In this document: piece after piece, positions 25,887-35,258 of the stretch
How the letters are laid out: each line of letters opens with the position of its first letter
How positions within the stretch are numbered: the first letter of the stretch is position 1
Assembly: GCA_045106895.1 (NCBI GenBank)
Contig: JBGCFM010000046.1
Span: 1 to 64,000, forward strand
Length of the DNA stretch: 64,000 nt
Reading direction: 5' to 3'
Source of the DNA: Polyangiales bacterium
Lineage (GTDB): Bacteria; Myxococcota_A; Polyangia; Polyangiales; Houyiibacteriaceae
Position numbers and translations under genes: made by a program
The notes under the pieces: model-generated
The model's database searches: none
Seen by the model: only the letters and a program-made list of their open reading frames with translations
Told to the model about the DNA's origin: nothing

Positions 25887-27158
25887 ATGCTCGGCCCGAT
25901 GGCGAAGGAGGTTGGTGAAAAGGCACGCGTGCTTCTCGAGGAAGCGCTCGCCCAGACAAACGAACTGCACCTTCCCGGCGCGCGGGCACTCCATCGCGAA
26001 AGGCTCACGAGGGTACTGGATTTGACGGGTCAGGTTCTCGGGCGGGAGACGGACGCGACCACCGCGGCGAAGGCGCGCGTGACGCGCGCCCTCGCCCAAG
26101 CAGCGAGGGCCGAAGACGCGCGTCACGGCGCCGGGCAGCTCTCCCGGAGCGCCCAGCGAGCGCCTACAATTGAGGACTGCGAACTCGGCTGGAAGAACGT
26201 AGAGACCATCGCGTCCGGTGCGGAGGCGGCGGCGGCGGATGCCCAGGCGCTTAGCGCGCTCGTCGACGATGCCCGCGTTCGAAAGGCTACGGCGGCGGCG
26301 GCGAAGGCTGCCGCCCAAGCGCGCGTCATCGTGGAGCGACGAAACCACGCGTACACATTTCACGCGGACCCAGCGTTCTCGTTTGGCGAAGGATGGTACG
26401 TCGCCGCAGCAGGCGTGCTGGCAAAAGTAGAGATTCAGGTCGAGGCGTCGCAGTCACAGAGTGTGCAAGCGATGCGTTTCCTCCGCGACGCGGGCCTCGG
26501 CGCGCAGGTGGTCGCGTACCGCTCGCGGCCACGCGCCAAGAAGGGCTTGCCGGCGATCATCGCGGCCGCTTTCAAAGAGAACGCAACGCGGGCGCAACGT
26601 GCGCTTCGCGCGGCATTTCTCGGCGACGAGGGCGTCGCGGAGAGCGTGGCCAATTGGGCGGACGAGGCGCTCTCGGACGTGCCGCGCGACGCACCCAAGG
26701 TACTGGTGTGGGTTCGTGAGGGCGTGCACGACGCGGAGCGGAACTCCATGGCGGACGAGCTCGCCGAGCTCTGCCGGCGCGCTACCCAGCGCGGCATCAT
26801 TCCGTTGCTCTTCGGCGACGCGGCGGCGGTGCAGCCGCGCGGCGCCGTCGACCTAACGCTCTGCTGGAAGCTCCCTCACTTTCAAGGTGAGCAGATGCGA
26901 CGGGCCCAGCTCCAACTCTTCGAGCACCTCGTCGCGGCCCATCGACTCGTGGGCCAGGTGGGCGTCACGACGGCAGGCATGGACGGGCCCGCGCTCATGG
27001 GTCTTTGGACGATGTACATCACTGACCAGCCAAACCCCCGGTTAGGGCGCTGGGTTGGAGCGGTGCCTGGCTACGAAGAGGTGGTGCGCCGCGAGGGCTA
27101 TCTTGAGGCCATCGAGATGAACCTCTCGCGGTGGACGCTTAAGCGCTCCAAGCCATAA
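25887..27158 (+). CDS. Hypothetical protein; helical N-terminus, C-terminus weakly glycosyltransferase (GT-B)-like
   Basis: Long ORF with KVLVWVR.G...RN, PLLFGD, VDLT, VGVTTAGMDGPAL. Function call is weak. Confidence 0.6.
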   Translation: MLGPMAKEVGEKARVLLEEALAQTNELHLPGARALHRERLTRVLDLTGQVLGRETDATTAAKARVTRALAQAARAEDARHGAGQLSRSAQRAPTIEDCELGWKNVETIASGAEAAAADAQALSALVDDARVRKATAAAAKAAAQARVIVERRNHAYTFHADPAFSFGEGWYVAAAGVLAKVEIQVEASQSQSVQAMRFLRDAGLGAQVVAYRSRPRAKKGLPAIIAAAFKENATRAQRALRAAFLGDEGVAESVANWADEALSDVPRDAPKVLVWVREGVHDAERNSMADELAELCRRATQRGIIPLLFGDAAAVQPRGAVDLTLCWKLPHFQGEQMRRAQLQLFEHLVAAHRLVGQVGVTTAGMDGPALMGLWTMYITDQPNPRLGRWVGAVPGYEEVVRREGYLEAIEMNLSRWTLKRSKP

Positions 27159-27410
27159 GTTCTTCGCGCCCATTCCCCAAACGGGGGCGCTGAAAAGTCT
27201 CCGCTTTGCCAAGGTGACGCCGGCACGGGTCCCGGGTTCGATGCGGGGCCCGGTTCCGATGCAGGTCCCGGGGGCGACTCTGGGCTCGTCGAGCGCTCCG
27301 ACTTGAGCTGCACGTGCCGTGTTGGCGCTCATTCCCCGAGCCCCCTCGCGTGGCTTGGTGGCGTTCTGTGTTTGGGTGGGCTTCTACGACGGCGGCGAGG
27401 TGAGCGATGA
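27159..27410 (+). pseudogene. Start-less C-terminal remnant of a MYXO-CTERM surface protein
   Basis: Manual translation ...CQGDAGTGPGFDAGPGSDAGPGGDSGLVERSDLSCTCRVGAHSPSPLAWLGGVLCLGGLLRRRRGER*: DAG linker, CxC, TM helix, RRRR. Its TGA overlaps the next ATG (ATGA). Confidence 0.7.
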
Positions 27411-28300
27411 TGAAGTCAGGACCGCAGAGCAGGTTTGAGGGGATGGCACGCACTGTCTGTGCTCTTCTGGTGGCAACACTGACGCTGACAGCGGGCGTCG
27501 CCAGCGCCCAGAGCGAAGAGCCGGAGATCAGCGCCGAAGAGCCGGAGATCAGCGCCGAAGAGCGGGAGCGCGACGCACGCGATCTCTTTTCGCTCGCGAG
27601 TCGCCACTACGAGACGGGGCGCCTTGCCGAGGCCATCGATGAGTTCGCGCGGGCTTATGAGCTCTTTCCGCTACCAGCGCTGCAGTACAACCTCTATCTG
27701 GCCTACCGCGACTCCGGCGACGTGGCCCGGAGCACGAGCTCCCTGCGTCTTTACTTGGAGACGGAAGAGACCATGGACCCAGAGCGTCGCTCAAGTCTGG
27801 AGCGCCGCCTCGCCACACTTGAAGCTCGACAGGCGTCGGAATCCACCTCAACAACCGGCGCGAACGCACCCGGCGACAACCAACCACGTCCCGTCGTCGA
27901 AACGGAGCCCGTCGCGCCGACCCCTGAACCCGTAGAAGCTCCGGCGGAACAGAGCGGGGGCATGTCTCCGGTCATCGGCGGGGTTGTCCTCGGTGTTGGC
28001 GGCGCGTTGCTCGTTGGGGCGCTCATCGAAGGGCTCGTCGCCAACGGAAAGAACGGCGAACTCGACGAGCTCTGCAATGACGCTGGCCTTTGCGAGCGCG
28101 ACCAGCACGATGCGATCGTGTCCAGCTTTGAGACGCACCGAAACGTAGCGTGGGGGCTTCTGTACGCAGGTGCTGCCGTCGCCGCGACGGGAACGGTACT
28201 CTTGCTCCTCAGCGGCGGTGACGAGTCAGAGGAGAGCGCCGGCGCCGGTTTTACGTGCGACCCAGAAGGTTGCCTCGGAACCGTGAGTGGACGTTTCTAG
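27407..28300 (+). CDS. TPR-containing exported protein with C-terminal hydrophobic segments
   Basis: Signal peptide (ASA-Q), AR.LF..A..HYE.GR..EAI.EF..AYEL, LQYNL, two C-terminal TM-like stretches, GRF end; 21-bp tandem repeat (EEPEISA x2) at 27515-27556. Confidence 0.82.
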   Translation: MMKSGPQSRFEGMARTVCALLVATLTLTAGVASAQSEEPEISAEEPEISAEERERDARDLFSLASRHYETGRLAEAIDEFARAYELFPLPALQYNLYLAYRDSGDVARSTSSLRLYLETEETMDPERRSSLERRLATLEARQASESTSTTGANAPGDNQPRPVVETEPVAPTPEPVEAPAEQSGGMSPVIGGVVLGVGGALLVGALIEGLVANGKNGELDELCNDAGLCERDQHDAIVSSFETHRNVAWGLLYAGAAVAATGTVLLLLSGGDESEESAGAGFTCDPEGCLGTVSGRF

Positions 28301-28357
28301 CGCGTCGCTCAGGACGCCCATCGGGCACGTCTCTACACGAAGGCTCGACAAGAGCGC

Positions 28358-29116
28358 CTAGAATCGCCCTCGCACGTCGAGGCCCGTTGGCGTTACGCCG
28401 ACCTGCACCGCGGGCTCCGAACGGCCGCCGACGAACCACCAGACCAGGCCGGCCACCGTCGCCGCGCCCCCGACGATGAGGAGCACATCCGTGGTCCGCG
28501 CGAGACGCCGCACTTGCTCCGCGTTCCCTCGCTCCGCTTCCTCACAGACGGACTCGGGACACGCGGCCTCGAGATCGGAGAAGCGTCCGTTCGTGGCGAG
28601 ACCTGTTCCCAGTCCGGAGATCAGCATCGCCCCGCCGACGCCGCTAAGCACGAGGGCGGGGATGTTGAGCGAGGCTTCGCCGGCGCTTTGGTTTTCCGCC
28701 GCCTGTTCGACGAGCTGTGAGATACGGCGTTCGACGTAGGCTCGGTTTTCTGCTTCTGGGCGCTGCTCCAGGTACGCGCGGTACTTGGCAATGGCTTCGT
28801 CGCGTTGACCGAGGCGGTCGTGAGCGATCCCAATATTGTGGAGCAGCTCGGGCCGATGGCTCAGCCCATAGGAGCCTTGCCAGTAGGTGAGGGCGTCCTG
28901 AAAGCGGCCATCGCTGAAAGCCGCCGCGCCGGCTTCGAAGAGTCCACGCGCTTCCTCGTTGATGGACTCGGCGCTGTTCTCCGCGTCGTTTTGCGTGACG
29001 GATTCTTCGGCGCTGTCTTGGGCGCGTACGGAGTGAGGCGCCGCCGCGCTCATCACGAGCAGCGCTCCCGCGATGAGGAAGCTCCATGTGGGCTGTCTTA
29101 TGTCTTCACCCGTCAT
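28358..29116 (-). CDS. TPR-containing exported protein (paralog architecture of 27407-28300)
   Basis: EAR.LFEAG..AF..GRF, RPELL.NIG...DRLG...EA...YR.YL, C-terminal TMs, GRF end. Confidence 0.82.
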   Translation of the reverse strand: MTGEDIRQPTWSFLIAGALLVMSAAAPHSVRAQDSAEESVTQNDAENSAESINEEARGLFEAGAAAFSDGRFQDALTYWQGSYGLSHRPELLHNIGIAHDRLGQRDEAIAKYRAYLEQRPEAENRAYVERRISQLVEQAAENQSAGEASLNIPALVLSGVGGAMLISGLGTGLATNGRFSDLEAACPESVCEEAERGNAEQVRRLARTTDVLLIVGGAATVAGLVWWFVGGRSEPAVQVGVTPTGLDVRGRF

Positions 29117-29119
29117 GCT

Positions 29120-31708
29120 CTACTCGCTCGCGATGAGGGTGGGCGGAAAGCGAAGGTTTGCTTGCGTGCCGAGTTGTCCGTAGGCGTCGAAGCCCCAGCA
29201 CCACCAGGAGCCGCCTTCGCCTGCGCAGTGTGCGCTCATGCTTGAGCCGCTGGCGACGTCCGTGGCGATGACGCCCATGACGCGACGCGGCTCACGACTG
29301 GACGGTCCCTCAGAACCCAGCTGACCGAAGCGGTTGTCGCCCCAGCAGTAGACTTCGCCCATCGAGTTGACGGCACACGACGAAGAGACGCCCGCCGTGA
29401 CGGCAACAACGGTGCCTGGGACGTCGACTTCGGTGGGTCGGGCGACGAAGGCGCCTGTCGCCCCGCTGCCGAGCTGGTCCGTGCTGTTGTCCCCCCAGCA
29501 AAGAGCTGCTCCGTCCTGGTTCACCCCACATACGTGCCGGGCGCCGGCGTCGATGTGGCGAAAGCGTGTCGCCGTTACCGGTTCAGGACGCGGGTCTGGC
29601 TCTTCTCGTCCAAGTTGACCGACGCTGTTGTCGCCCCAGCAGAACGCTTGCCCGTCCTCTGCCAGGGCACAGGAGAAGTCACGGCCGGTCGTCAGGTCTG
29701 TGGGGACAGTGTCCCCAAGGTCGACCTCGATGGGTGCAGTGCGGGCGCCGGGACGTCCGTTCGCTTCGCCGCGGCTGTTCGATCCCCAGCACCAAACTTC
29801 GGCTTCGCCGCGATCGGAAAGAAGGGCGCAGGTGTGTCCAAGGCCCATGTCGATGGGGCCGAGTGGGCGAGGCTCCAGCTCTACGACGGTAGGCACTTCG
29901 GTGTTCTCCGTGGCGATGATGCCGCTAGCGTTCCATCCCCAACACCAAAGTTCCGGTGGGGCGGAGGACACCGCGCAGGCGCCGTTGTCTCCGCGCGCAA
30001 CGGAGACCACGTTGAAGATGAGCGGGACGTTGCGCGGCGTGCTGGAGGACGCGCTGCTCTCCGCGTAGCCGGACTGCGACGCGCCGCCGAACCCCCAGCA
30101 GCTGGCTCGCTCGTCGGCGACTCCGCAGGTTCCATTCAGTGCCGGGACCACGGACTCCAGGTCGTTGACCTCGGTGCCCGCCGAATCGACGATGGGATAG
30201 GGGGTACGCTGTATCAGTGAATCACGAGGTACTTGGCCGTGCGTCGAGTAGCCCCAGCAAAAGAGCTGATCGCCACGAAACCCGCAGCCTCCGTAGCGTC
30301 CACCGGCGCCGTTGCCGATCCCTTCGAGTTCCGGAACCAACGTAGTGTCGGTGAAGTCCTCGAGGATATCTTCTCGAGAGCCGGACCCAAGCTGAGCGTC
30401 TTCCCGAAGTCCACGACAGAATGTACCGCCGTCCACGTGGGCCCAGCAGATGCTCTGCAAAAACATCATGACGGAGGTCACGCCCGTCGCGACGCGCACC
30501 GCGGCGGCCTGGACCCCGGGCTCGCTGATGCTCTCGTGACGGTTGAAGCCCCAGCACCAGAGCTCCCCTGTGTTCGTCAGCGCGCAGGACTCATCTTTGC
30601 TCGCGTAGACGCGAGAGACGTCGGTGAGTTCTCCGTCCGCGTGGTAGACGGGAGAGGGTACGGCGGGCGCTCCCACGCTGGGGACGCCTCGACCGGTCTG
30701 ACCGACGTCGTCGCGGCCCCAACATCGCAGGGTGCGGTCGTCGAGGACGGCGCATGTGTGGTCTTGGCCCACCGCGACGTCAACGACCGTCGCCGGAACG
30801 CCGTCTGCGGCCAGCGAGTTCTGCGTCGCGACCACTGTGTCCGGGGAGTTACGCCCGAGGAGCGATTGGCCGAAGCGGTTGTCGCCAAAACACCAGAGGC
30901 GTCCAATGGTGTCGATGGCGCAGCTATGCAGAGAGTGGCTGACCACCCTCGTGAAACGAGCCGTGAGCGGTCCGCCGCCGTCGACGACGGGGTGCGGCTC
31001 GCCATCTTGGGTCTCGCTGTGTCCCACGCGCATCGAGCCTGGCGCACCGACGCAGTAGAGCACTCCGCGTGTGTCCGCTGCTGCGGATACAAAACACGTG
31101 TGGTCGAGGCCGACGGAAATACTGCGTGCGTTCGCTTCGCGCATCTCGTCGCTCCCCGGAATGCGGACCATGAGCCGGGTCGGGGAGAGCGCGGGAAGGA
31201 ACGTGTCATCGAACACCGCGCCCTCGTTGGAACCCCAACAGTCCACGGCGCCGGACTCGCGCCGAGCGCAGACATGTTTGTGAGCGACGGCGACCTCGAC
31301 GAAAGCGTCACATTCGCTCGGCGTGCTCTCGCAGCCGTTCGTGGGGGCCCCGTCACAGTCGACGAATCCGCTCACGCACGCGTCGATGACGCATTCTTCA
31401 TTCTCGCAGCGCGTTTCGAGGACGTTGTCGTTCGCGGCGCACGCCTCTTCGCATGTCTCCGGGCGAGCGTCGGGGCGCTGCAGAACATCGGGGGCGTCGG
31501 CCTGCGAGTCGGGGCCGCTGTCACGGAACGAAAAGTCATCGACGTCTCGGAGTTGTGTGCAGCCGCTCCCAAGAGCGATGACGGAGACCCAGCACCAAAG
31601 CTGCGCAGACAAGTGACGGCGCCGATGCTGGTTCTCTTTGGCCGAAACGTGCACTCCCCTCATCATACCATGCGAGCGACGGCACCGGCGCATCAGAACG
31701 GACCTCAT
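29120..31708 (-). CDS. RCC1/BLIP-II repeat lipoprotein (double beta-propeller); true start likely near 31654
   Basis: Lipobox GSGC; DC.G...NGCE repeat; many 'HTCA....G...CWG.N..GQLG' repeats. Confidence 0.88.
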   Translation of the reverse strand: MRSVLMRRCRRSHGMMRGVHVSAKENQHRRRHLSAQLWCWVSVIALGSGCTQLRDVDDFSFRDSGPDSQADAPDVLQRPDARPETCEEACAANDNVLETRCENEECVIDACVSGFVDCDGAPTNGCESTPSECDAFVEVAVAHKHVCARRESGAVDCWGSNEGAVFDDTFLPALSPTRLMVRIPGSDEMREANARSISVGLDHTCFVSAAADTRGVLYCVGAPGSMRVGHSETQDGEPHPVVDGGGPLTARFTRVVSHSLHSCAIDTIGRLWCFGDNRFGQSLLGRNSPDTVVATQNSLAADGVPATVVDVAVGQDHTCAVLDDRTLRCWGRDDVGQTGRGVPSVGAPAVPSPVYHADGELTDVSRVYASKDESCALTNTGELWCWGFNRHESISEPGVQAAAVRVATGVTSVMMFLQSICWAHVDGGTFCRGLREDAQLGSGSREDILEDFTDTTLVPELEGIGNGAGGRYGGCGFRGDQLFCWGYSTHGQVPRDSLIQRTPYPIVDSAGTEVNDLESVVPALNGTCGVADERASCWGFGGASQSGYAESSASSSTPRNVPLIFNVVSVARGDNGACAVSSAPPELWCWGWNASGIIATENTEVPTVVELEPRPLGPIDMGLGHTCALLSDRGEAEVWCWGSNSRGEANGRPGARTAPIEVDLGDTVPTDLTTGRDFSCALAEDGQAFCWGDNSVGQLGREEPDPRPEPVTATRFRHIDAGARHVCGVNQDGAALCWGDNSTDQLGSGATGAFVARPTEVDVPGTVVAVTAGVSSSCAVNSMGEVYCWGDNRFGQLGSEGPSSREPRRVMGVIATDVASGSSMSAHCAGEGGSWWCWGFDAYGQLGTQANLRFPPTLIASE

Positions 31709-31836
31709 CTTGTGTGGGAGATGGAAGTCTCCGTACGCGCTGCGTCACACCGCGGTCGGCGTTTTTGACCGTCTGCGGCGTGGAAGAGAGTACCCTGCGA
31801 CCAAGCGAGCGACTTTCGTACAACCAGGACATCGAC

Positions 31837-32802
31837 ATGAGCACCATCCCCACTCTCCACCTCGACGACGTCATTCGCGATCACACCCAGGATATGACGG
31901 GGCGAATCGCCGCCGTGACGGGGACGACGAGTGGGACTGGCTATGTGTGCGCTCGTGAGCTGGCGAAGCGCGGCGCCGTTGTACTTCTTCTCAATCGCGA
32001 GAGCCCAAGAGCGATCTCGTCCCTGGCGGCTCTGAAGGAGGAAGTGCCAAAGGGTGACTTTCAAGTCATCCCTTGTGACCTCCAGGACTTCACGAGTATC
32101 TGGGCGGCCGTCGACATGATCCGTGCGTCGCATAAGCACCTGGATGTGCTGTGCAACAACGCGGGAGTCATGGCGATGAAGGACGAAGCGACAAAGGACG
32201 GTTACGACGTTCAGATGCAGACGAACGTCTTGTCGCATTTCTTGCTCACCAAAGGCGTCTTCGAGCTTCTGCGGAAGAGCGAAGACGGTCGCATCGTCAA
32301 CCACTCGTCGATGGCGCGCGTAGGACCGCCTCTTGAGCAGCGCTACTTCGGCAAGAACGGCGGGGACCTCGGAGGCGACGGAGACGAGAGCGAAGGCTTC
32401 GGTGGTCCGCGTTGGCTTCGCTACCATCAAACGAAGCTGGCGAACTTCGTGTTCACCTATGGCCTCAAGGAGAAACTAGAGGCCGCCGGCGTGACGAACG
32501 TCAAAGCCCTCGTGGCGCATCCCGGTCTTGCGCGTACTCAGCTCCAGGTCACCACCGCGAAGGATGGAGGCATGGACGCTGAATCTGACTTTATGAAGCA
32601 GGCTCAGTCCCAAGAAGACGGCGCCGCCGGAATCATCCGCGCATGCATGGATCCCGAAGCCCAGTCCGGCGACTTCTTCGGACCAGAGCAGTGGTCCGGT
32701 TTTCCGAAGCGCCTCACGCCGGAAGAAGACCTTGTGACCCCGGAGAATATTCGAACGAATTGGGAAGGCTGCGAAGCCGCCGTTGGCGCATTTAAGATCT
32801 AG
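31837..32802 (+). CDS. SDR family oxidoreductase (paralog of 19185-20198)
   Basis: TGTTSGTG, LCNNAGVMA, YHQTKLAN; start MSTIPTLHLD. Confidence 0.9.
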   Translation: MSTIPTLHLDDVIRDHTQDMTGRIAAVTGTTSGTGYVCARELAKRGAVVLLLNRESPRAISSLAALKEEVPKGDFQVIPCDLQDFTSIWAAVDMIRASHKHLDVLCNNAGVMAMKDEATKDGYDVQMQTNVLSHFLLTKGVFELLRKSEDGRIVNHSSMARVGPPLEQRYFGKNGGDLGGDGDESEGFGGPRWLRYHQTKLANFVFTYGLKEKLEAAGVTNVKALVAHPGLARTQLQVTTAKDGGMDAESDFMKQAQSQEDGAAGIIRACMDPEAQSGDFFGPEQWSGFPKRLTPEEDLVTPENIRTNWEGCEAAVGAFKI

Positions 32803-35258
32803 GCCGGTACCCACGTTCCGCTTTGGAGTCGGAAGACCGCGTCTGAGTCGATCTGCAAGAGGTCGATCCAGCCACCGTCTACGAGCTGCCTTACCACTTC
32901 GTGCTTCTCGACAATGGCGGAGATCGCATGTTGCGGTGCTTCGATGAACACCGCGAGCCGGAGCGGCGCGAACATCCAGTCGTTTCCGTTGTGAAGAGAC
33001 TGCATCGACAGTCCGATGCGCAAGTCGCCGCCGTTGCCTTCAAAGACTCCGAGGTGTCCGCCGGCGACGTTGTGAAGCACTTTGTTGCCACTGCCGTAGC
33101 GAAGGTTGTCCACGGTGGAGGCATAGTATTGAAGGTTGATCCAGTGGGCGACGACCATCGGCGCCGTCATGATGGCTTCGAGAATAGCGAACTCGGAGTC
33201 TTGTTCGTGTCGGTACTCGTGCAGGAAGGAGCGCCCTTCCAGGTTCAGATGCGCGCAGTGCTCTCTCGGCGCGATGATAAACGCTGCGTTGCCCGCGAGA
33301 CCCCATTCGGGGCGGGTTTGAGACCAGTCGTTGGTGCGTCGCTGAAAGAGGCGCGCGAGGCGTGAGGGCTTCGCCTTCGCCTCCGCTTCGAGGCCGACGC
33401 TCTGCGCGCGCTCGGAGCGGGCCACGGCCGCCGCCGACGAGAGCCGTGTTCGTAGGGCGGCGAGGTCAGCTTTGTGTGAGCCGGGGACCTCATCCGTGTC
33501 CCAGAGCGTGACGTCTTCCGTCGTCGTGTTGTGAAGGCCGGCGAGGAAATGAGTCTCCTCGCAAAGCATGATCCCACGTGTTTGAAGCTCCTTTCGAACA
33601 TCGGACATATTGAGGAGCGCCGCCGCGGCGCGAGCGTTGACCTCTCCGCTTTGTCCGCAACAGGCGCCGCAGTCGAGTCCCGCGGCGTGGGGGTTGTTTC
33701 GCGTTTCGCTGCCGTGACCGGCGAGAAGCACGAGGCGCGCGAAGCCGCGCGTGAGGCTCATTCCTCGCAGCATGCCTTCGGCGAGATCGGCACGCGCCGA
33801 TACGTCCAGCGCTTCGCCGGACACCGTCGAGACGATGCGAGGCTTCCGGCGTTCGAGTGCGTCGCTCGAGAGCCCGGACCCGGCTTTCCGAAGAGGGCTC
33901 GACGTGCCAAGGCTGTCGGCGGCGAGCTTGATGGCGTAGCCCAGGCCGAGGGACTCGACGAATGGAAACGCGGACACCGACCCGCCTTTGAAGGCGCGCC
34001 AGCGCTCACTCGCGCTGAGGTTTCGAGCGCGCCCTTCGGTGTCTTTTTCGCTGAGGTTTGTATCCGAGACGACGAGGCTTGGTGTGAGCAGACCTGGGAG
34101 CTGCGTTCTGGAACCTTCCGCGCCGGCAGGTTGGTAGGTCACTGGCAGCCCGAAGAACCCGGCGAAACCAAGAGTCTGAAGGTCGTCCGCCTGCGCGTCC
34201 GTAGAGCCCTCGAGAGCCCTGCGTAGGACCTCGGAGCGTACGTCGATGCAGAACACCGCTTGCACCGCGGGAGACTGGGACTTCGTCTTGCTGAGGCCGG
34301 CGGGCAACCCGCGACACAGCGGCTCTTGATAGGCGAGCTCCATGGCGCGTTGAAGGAGCCAGTCGCCGTGATTGAGCCCTCGGCTCGGCTTGGCGCGTCG
34401 AGCGCGCTCCCACTCTTTGAGCCCCTGCGTGCCGAGCTCCTCGTGCAGCATGGACTCCCACACGACACGAATGGCGAGGAGGTCGAAGATGGTGTCGTCG
34501 GTCTCGCCCCGAAGCTCGGCTTCCCATCGCTCGTACGCGCACCAGGAGGCCCAGCCGTTTTGGTCGAGCAGGAGCCCCCACAAGTACGACTCGATGGCGT
34601 CGGCGGGAATCCCGAGCTTTTCGACGCCTTGTCCGATGGCTTCCAGCGCCGTTAGCGGCAGAGACTGGGCGAGGGCGCGGCAGTTGTGGAGGCCCATCAA
34701 CAAGCGTGGGGACTTGTCCGCGAGGGCCATGCGCCGCCAGCTGGCGTAGAGCCCGCCGCTTCGGTCCGGGCCGAGCGAGGCTTGGCCCCCGTCGAAGTAA
34801 GCTGCGCAGAATTGCGTGATGGTGTGGGTGACGAAGTCTTGCCAGGACATCTCGCGCACCAGATCGCGCGACGCATCCGCGACGTCTCGGACTCGCAGCA
34901 AGGTAGCGACGGCGGGAGTGTCTTGGCCCGCGAGCGTGCGCAGCATATGAACGCTCATCGGAGAGTCACCGTTCTGCTCTGCGATCGCCGCCTCGAGGTG
35001 CCTGTCCTGCATCGTGCCTTCGTCGAGTGCGCGCTTGTAGAAGGCCCGAGGCATCGTTAGGCGCGTGCCGCTAAGGGGACTCATCGCGGCTTCAACCTCC
35101 GGCAGTGATTTGTCGATCATCCCCCAGAAAGGATTCACGGCGATGAAGCGGTCGAGGGGCCATGTCGGCGCGATTTTTCGGCACGCAGCCTTCACGCAGT
35201 CTTTGATGTGTGCGGGAACGGGTCGCACGCTGGGCTCGGTGGAAGTGGGCTGAATCAT
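32799..35258 (-). CDS. dabA: DabA/MpsB (DUF2309, UPF0753) inorganic carbon transporter, beta-carbonic-anhydrase-like subunit
   Basis: IAP.WPL..FIAVNPF, FCIDVRSE, GFAGFFG, GHGS...NNPH...LDCGAC, HNTTT, DWS..RPEWGL, GRSFLH, MTAPM.V..WINLQYYAS. Confidence 0.93.
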   Translation of the reverse strand: MIQPTSTEPSVRPVPAHIKDCVKAACRKIAPTWPLDRFIAVNPFWGMIDKSLPEVEAAMSPLSGTRLTMPRAFYKRALDEGTMQDRHLEAAIAEQNGDSPMSVHMLRTLAGQDTPAVATLLRVRDVADASRDLVREMSWQDFVTHTITQFCAAYFDGGQASLGPDRSGGLYASWRRMALADKSPRLLMGLHNCRALAQSLPLTALEAIGQGVEKLGIPADAIESYLWGLLLDQNGWASWCAYERWEAELRGETDDTIFDLLAIRVVWESMLHEELGTQGLKEWERARRAKPSRGLNHGDWLLQRAMELAYQEPLCRGLPAGLSKTKSQSPAVQAVFCIDVRSEVLRRALEGSTDAQADDLQTLGFAGFFGLPVTYQPAGAEGSRTQLPGLLTPSLVVSDTNLSEKDTEGRARNLSASERWRAFKGGSVSAFPFVESLGLGYAIKLAADSLGTSSPLRKAGSGLSSDALERRKPRIVSTVSGEALDVSARADLAEGMLRGMSLTRGFARLVLLAGHGSETRNNPHAAGLDCGACCGQSGEVNARAAAALLNMSDVRKELQTRGIMLCEETHFLAGLHNTTTEDVTLWDTDEVPGSHKADLAALRTRLSSAAAVARSERAQSVGLEAEAKAKPSRLARLFQRRTNDWSQTRPEWGLAGNAAFIIAPREHCAHLNLEGRSFLHEYRHEQDSEFAILEAIMTAPMVVAHWINLQYYASTVDNLRYGSGNKVLHNVAGGHLGVFEGNGGDLRIGLSMQSLHNGNDWMFAPLRLAVFIEAPQHAISAIVEKHEVVRQLVDGGWIDLLQIDSDAVFRLQSGTWVPA

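Noticed and set aside
30233..31768. Long antisense ORFs (e.g. 30233-31768, 46471-47814, 58696-59931, 622-1626)
   Set aside because: These are typical stop-poor shadow frames of high-GC coding sequence with no recognisable motifs.
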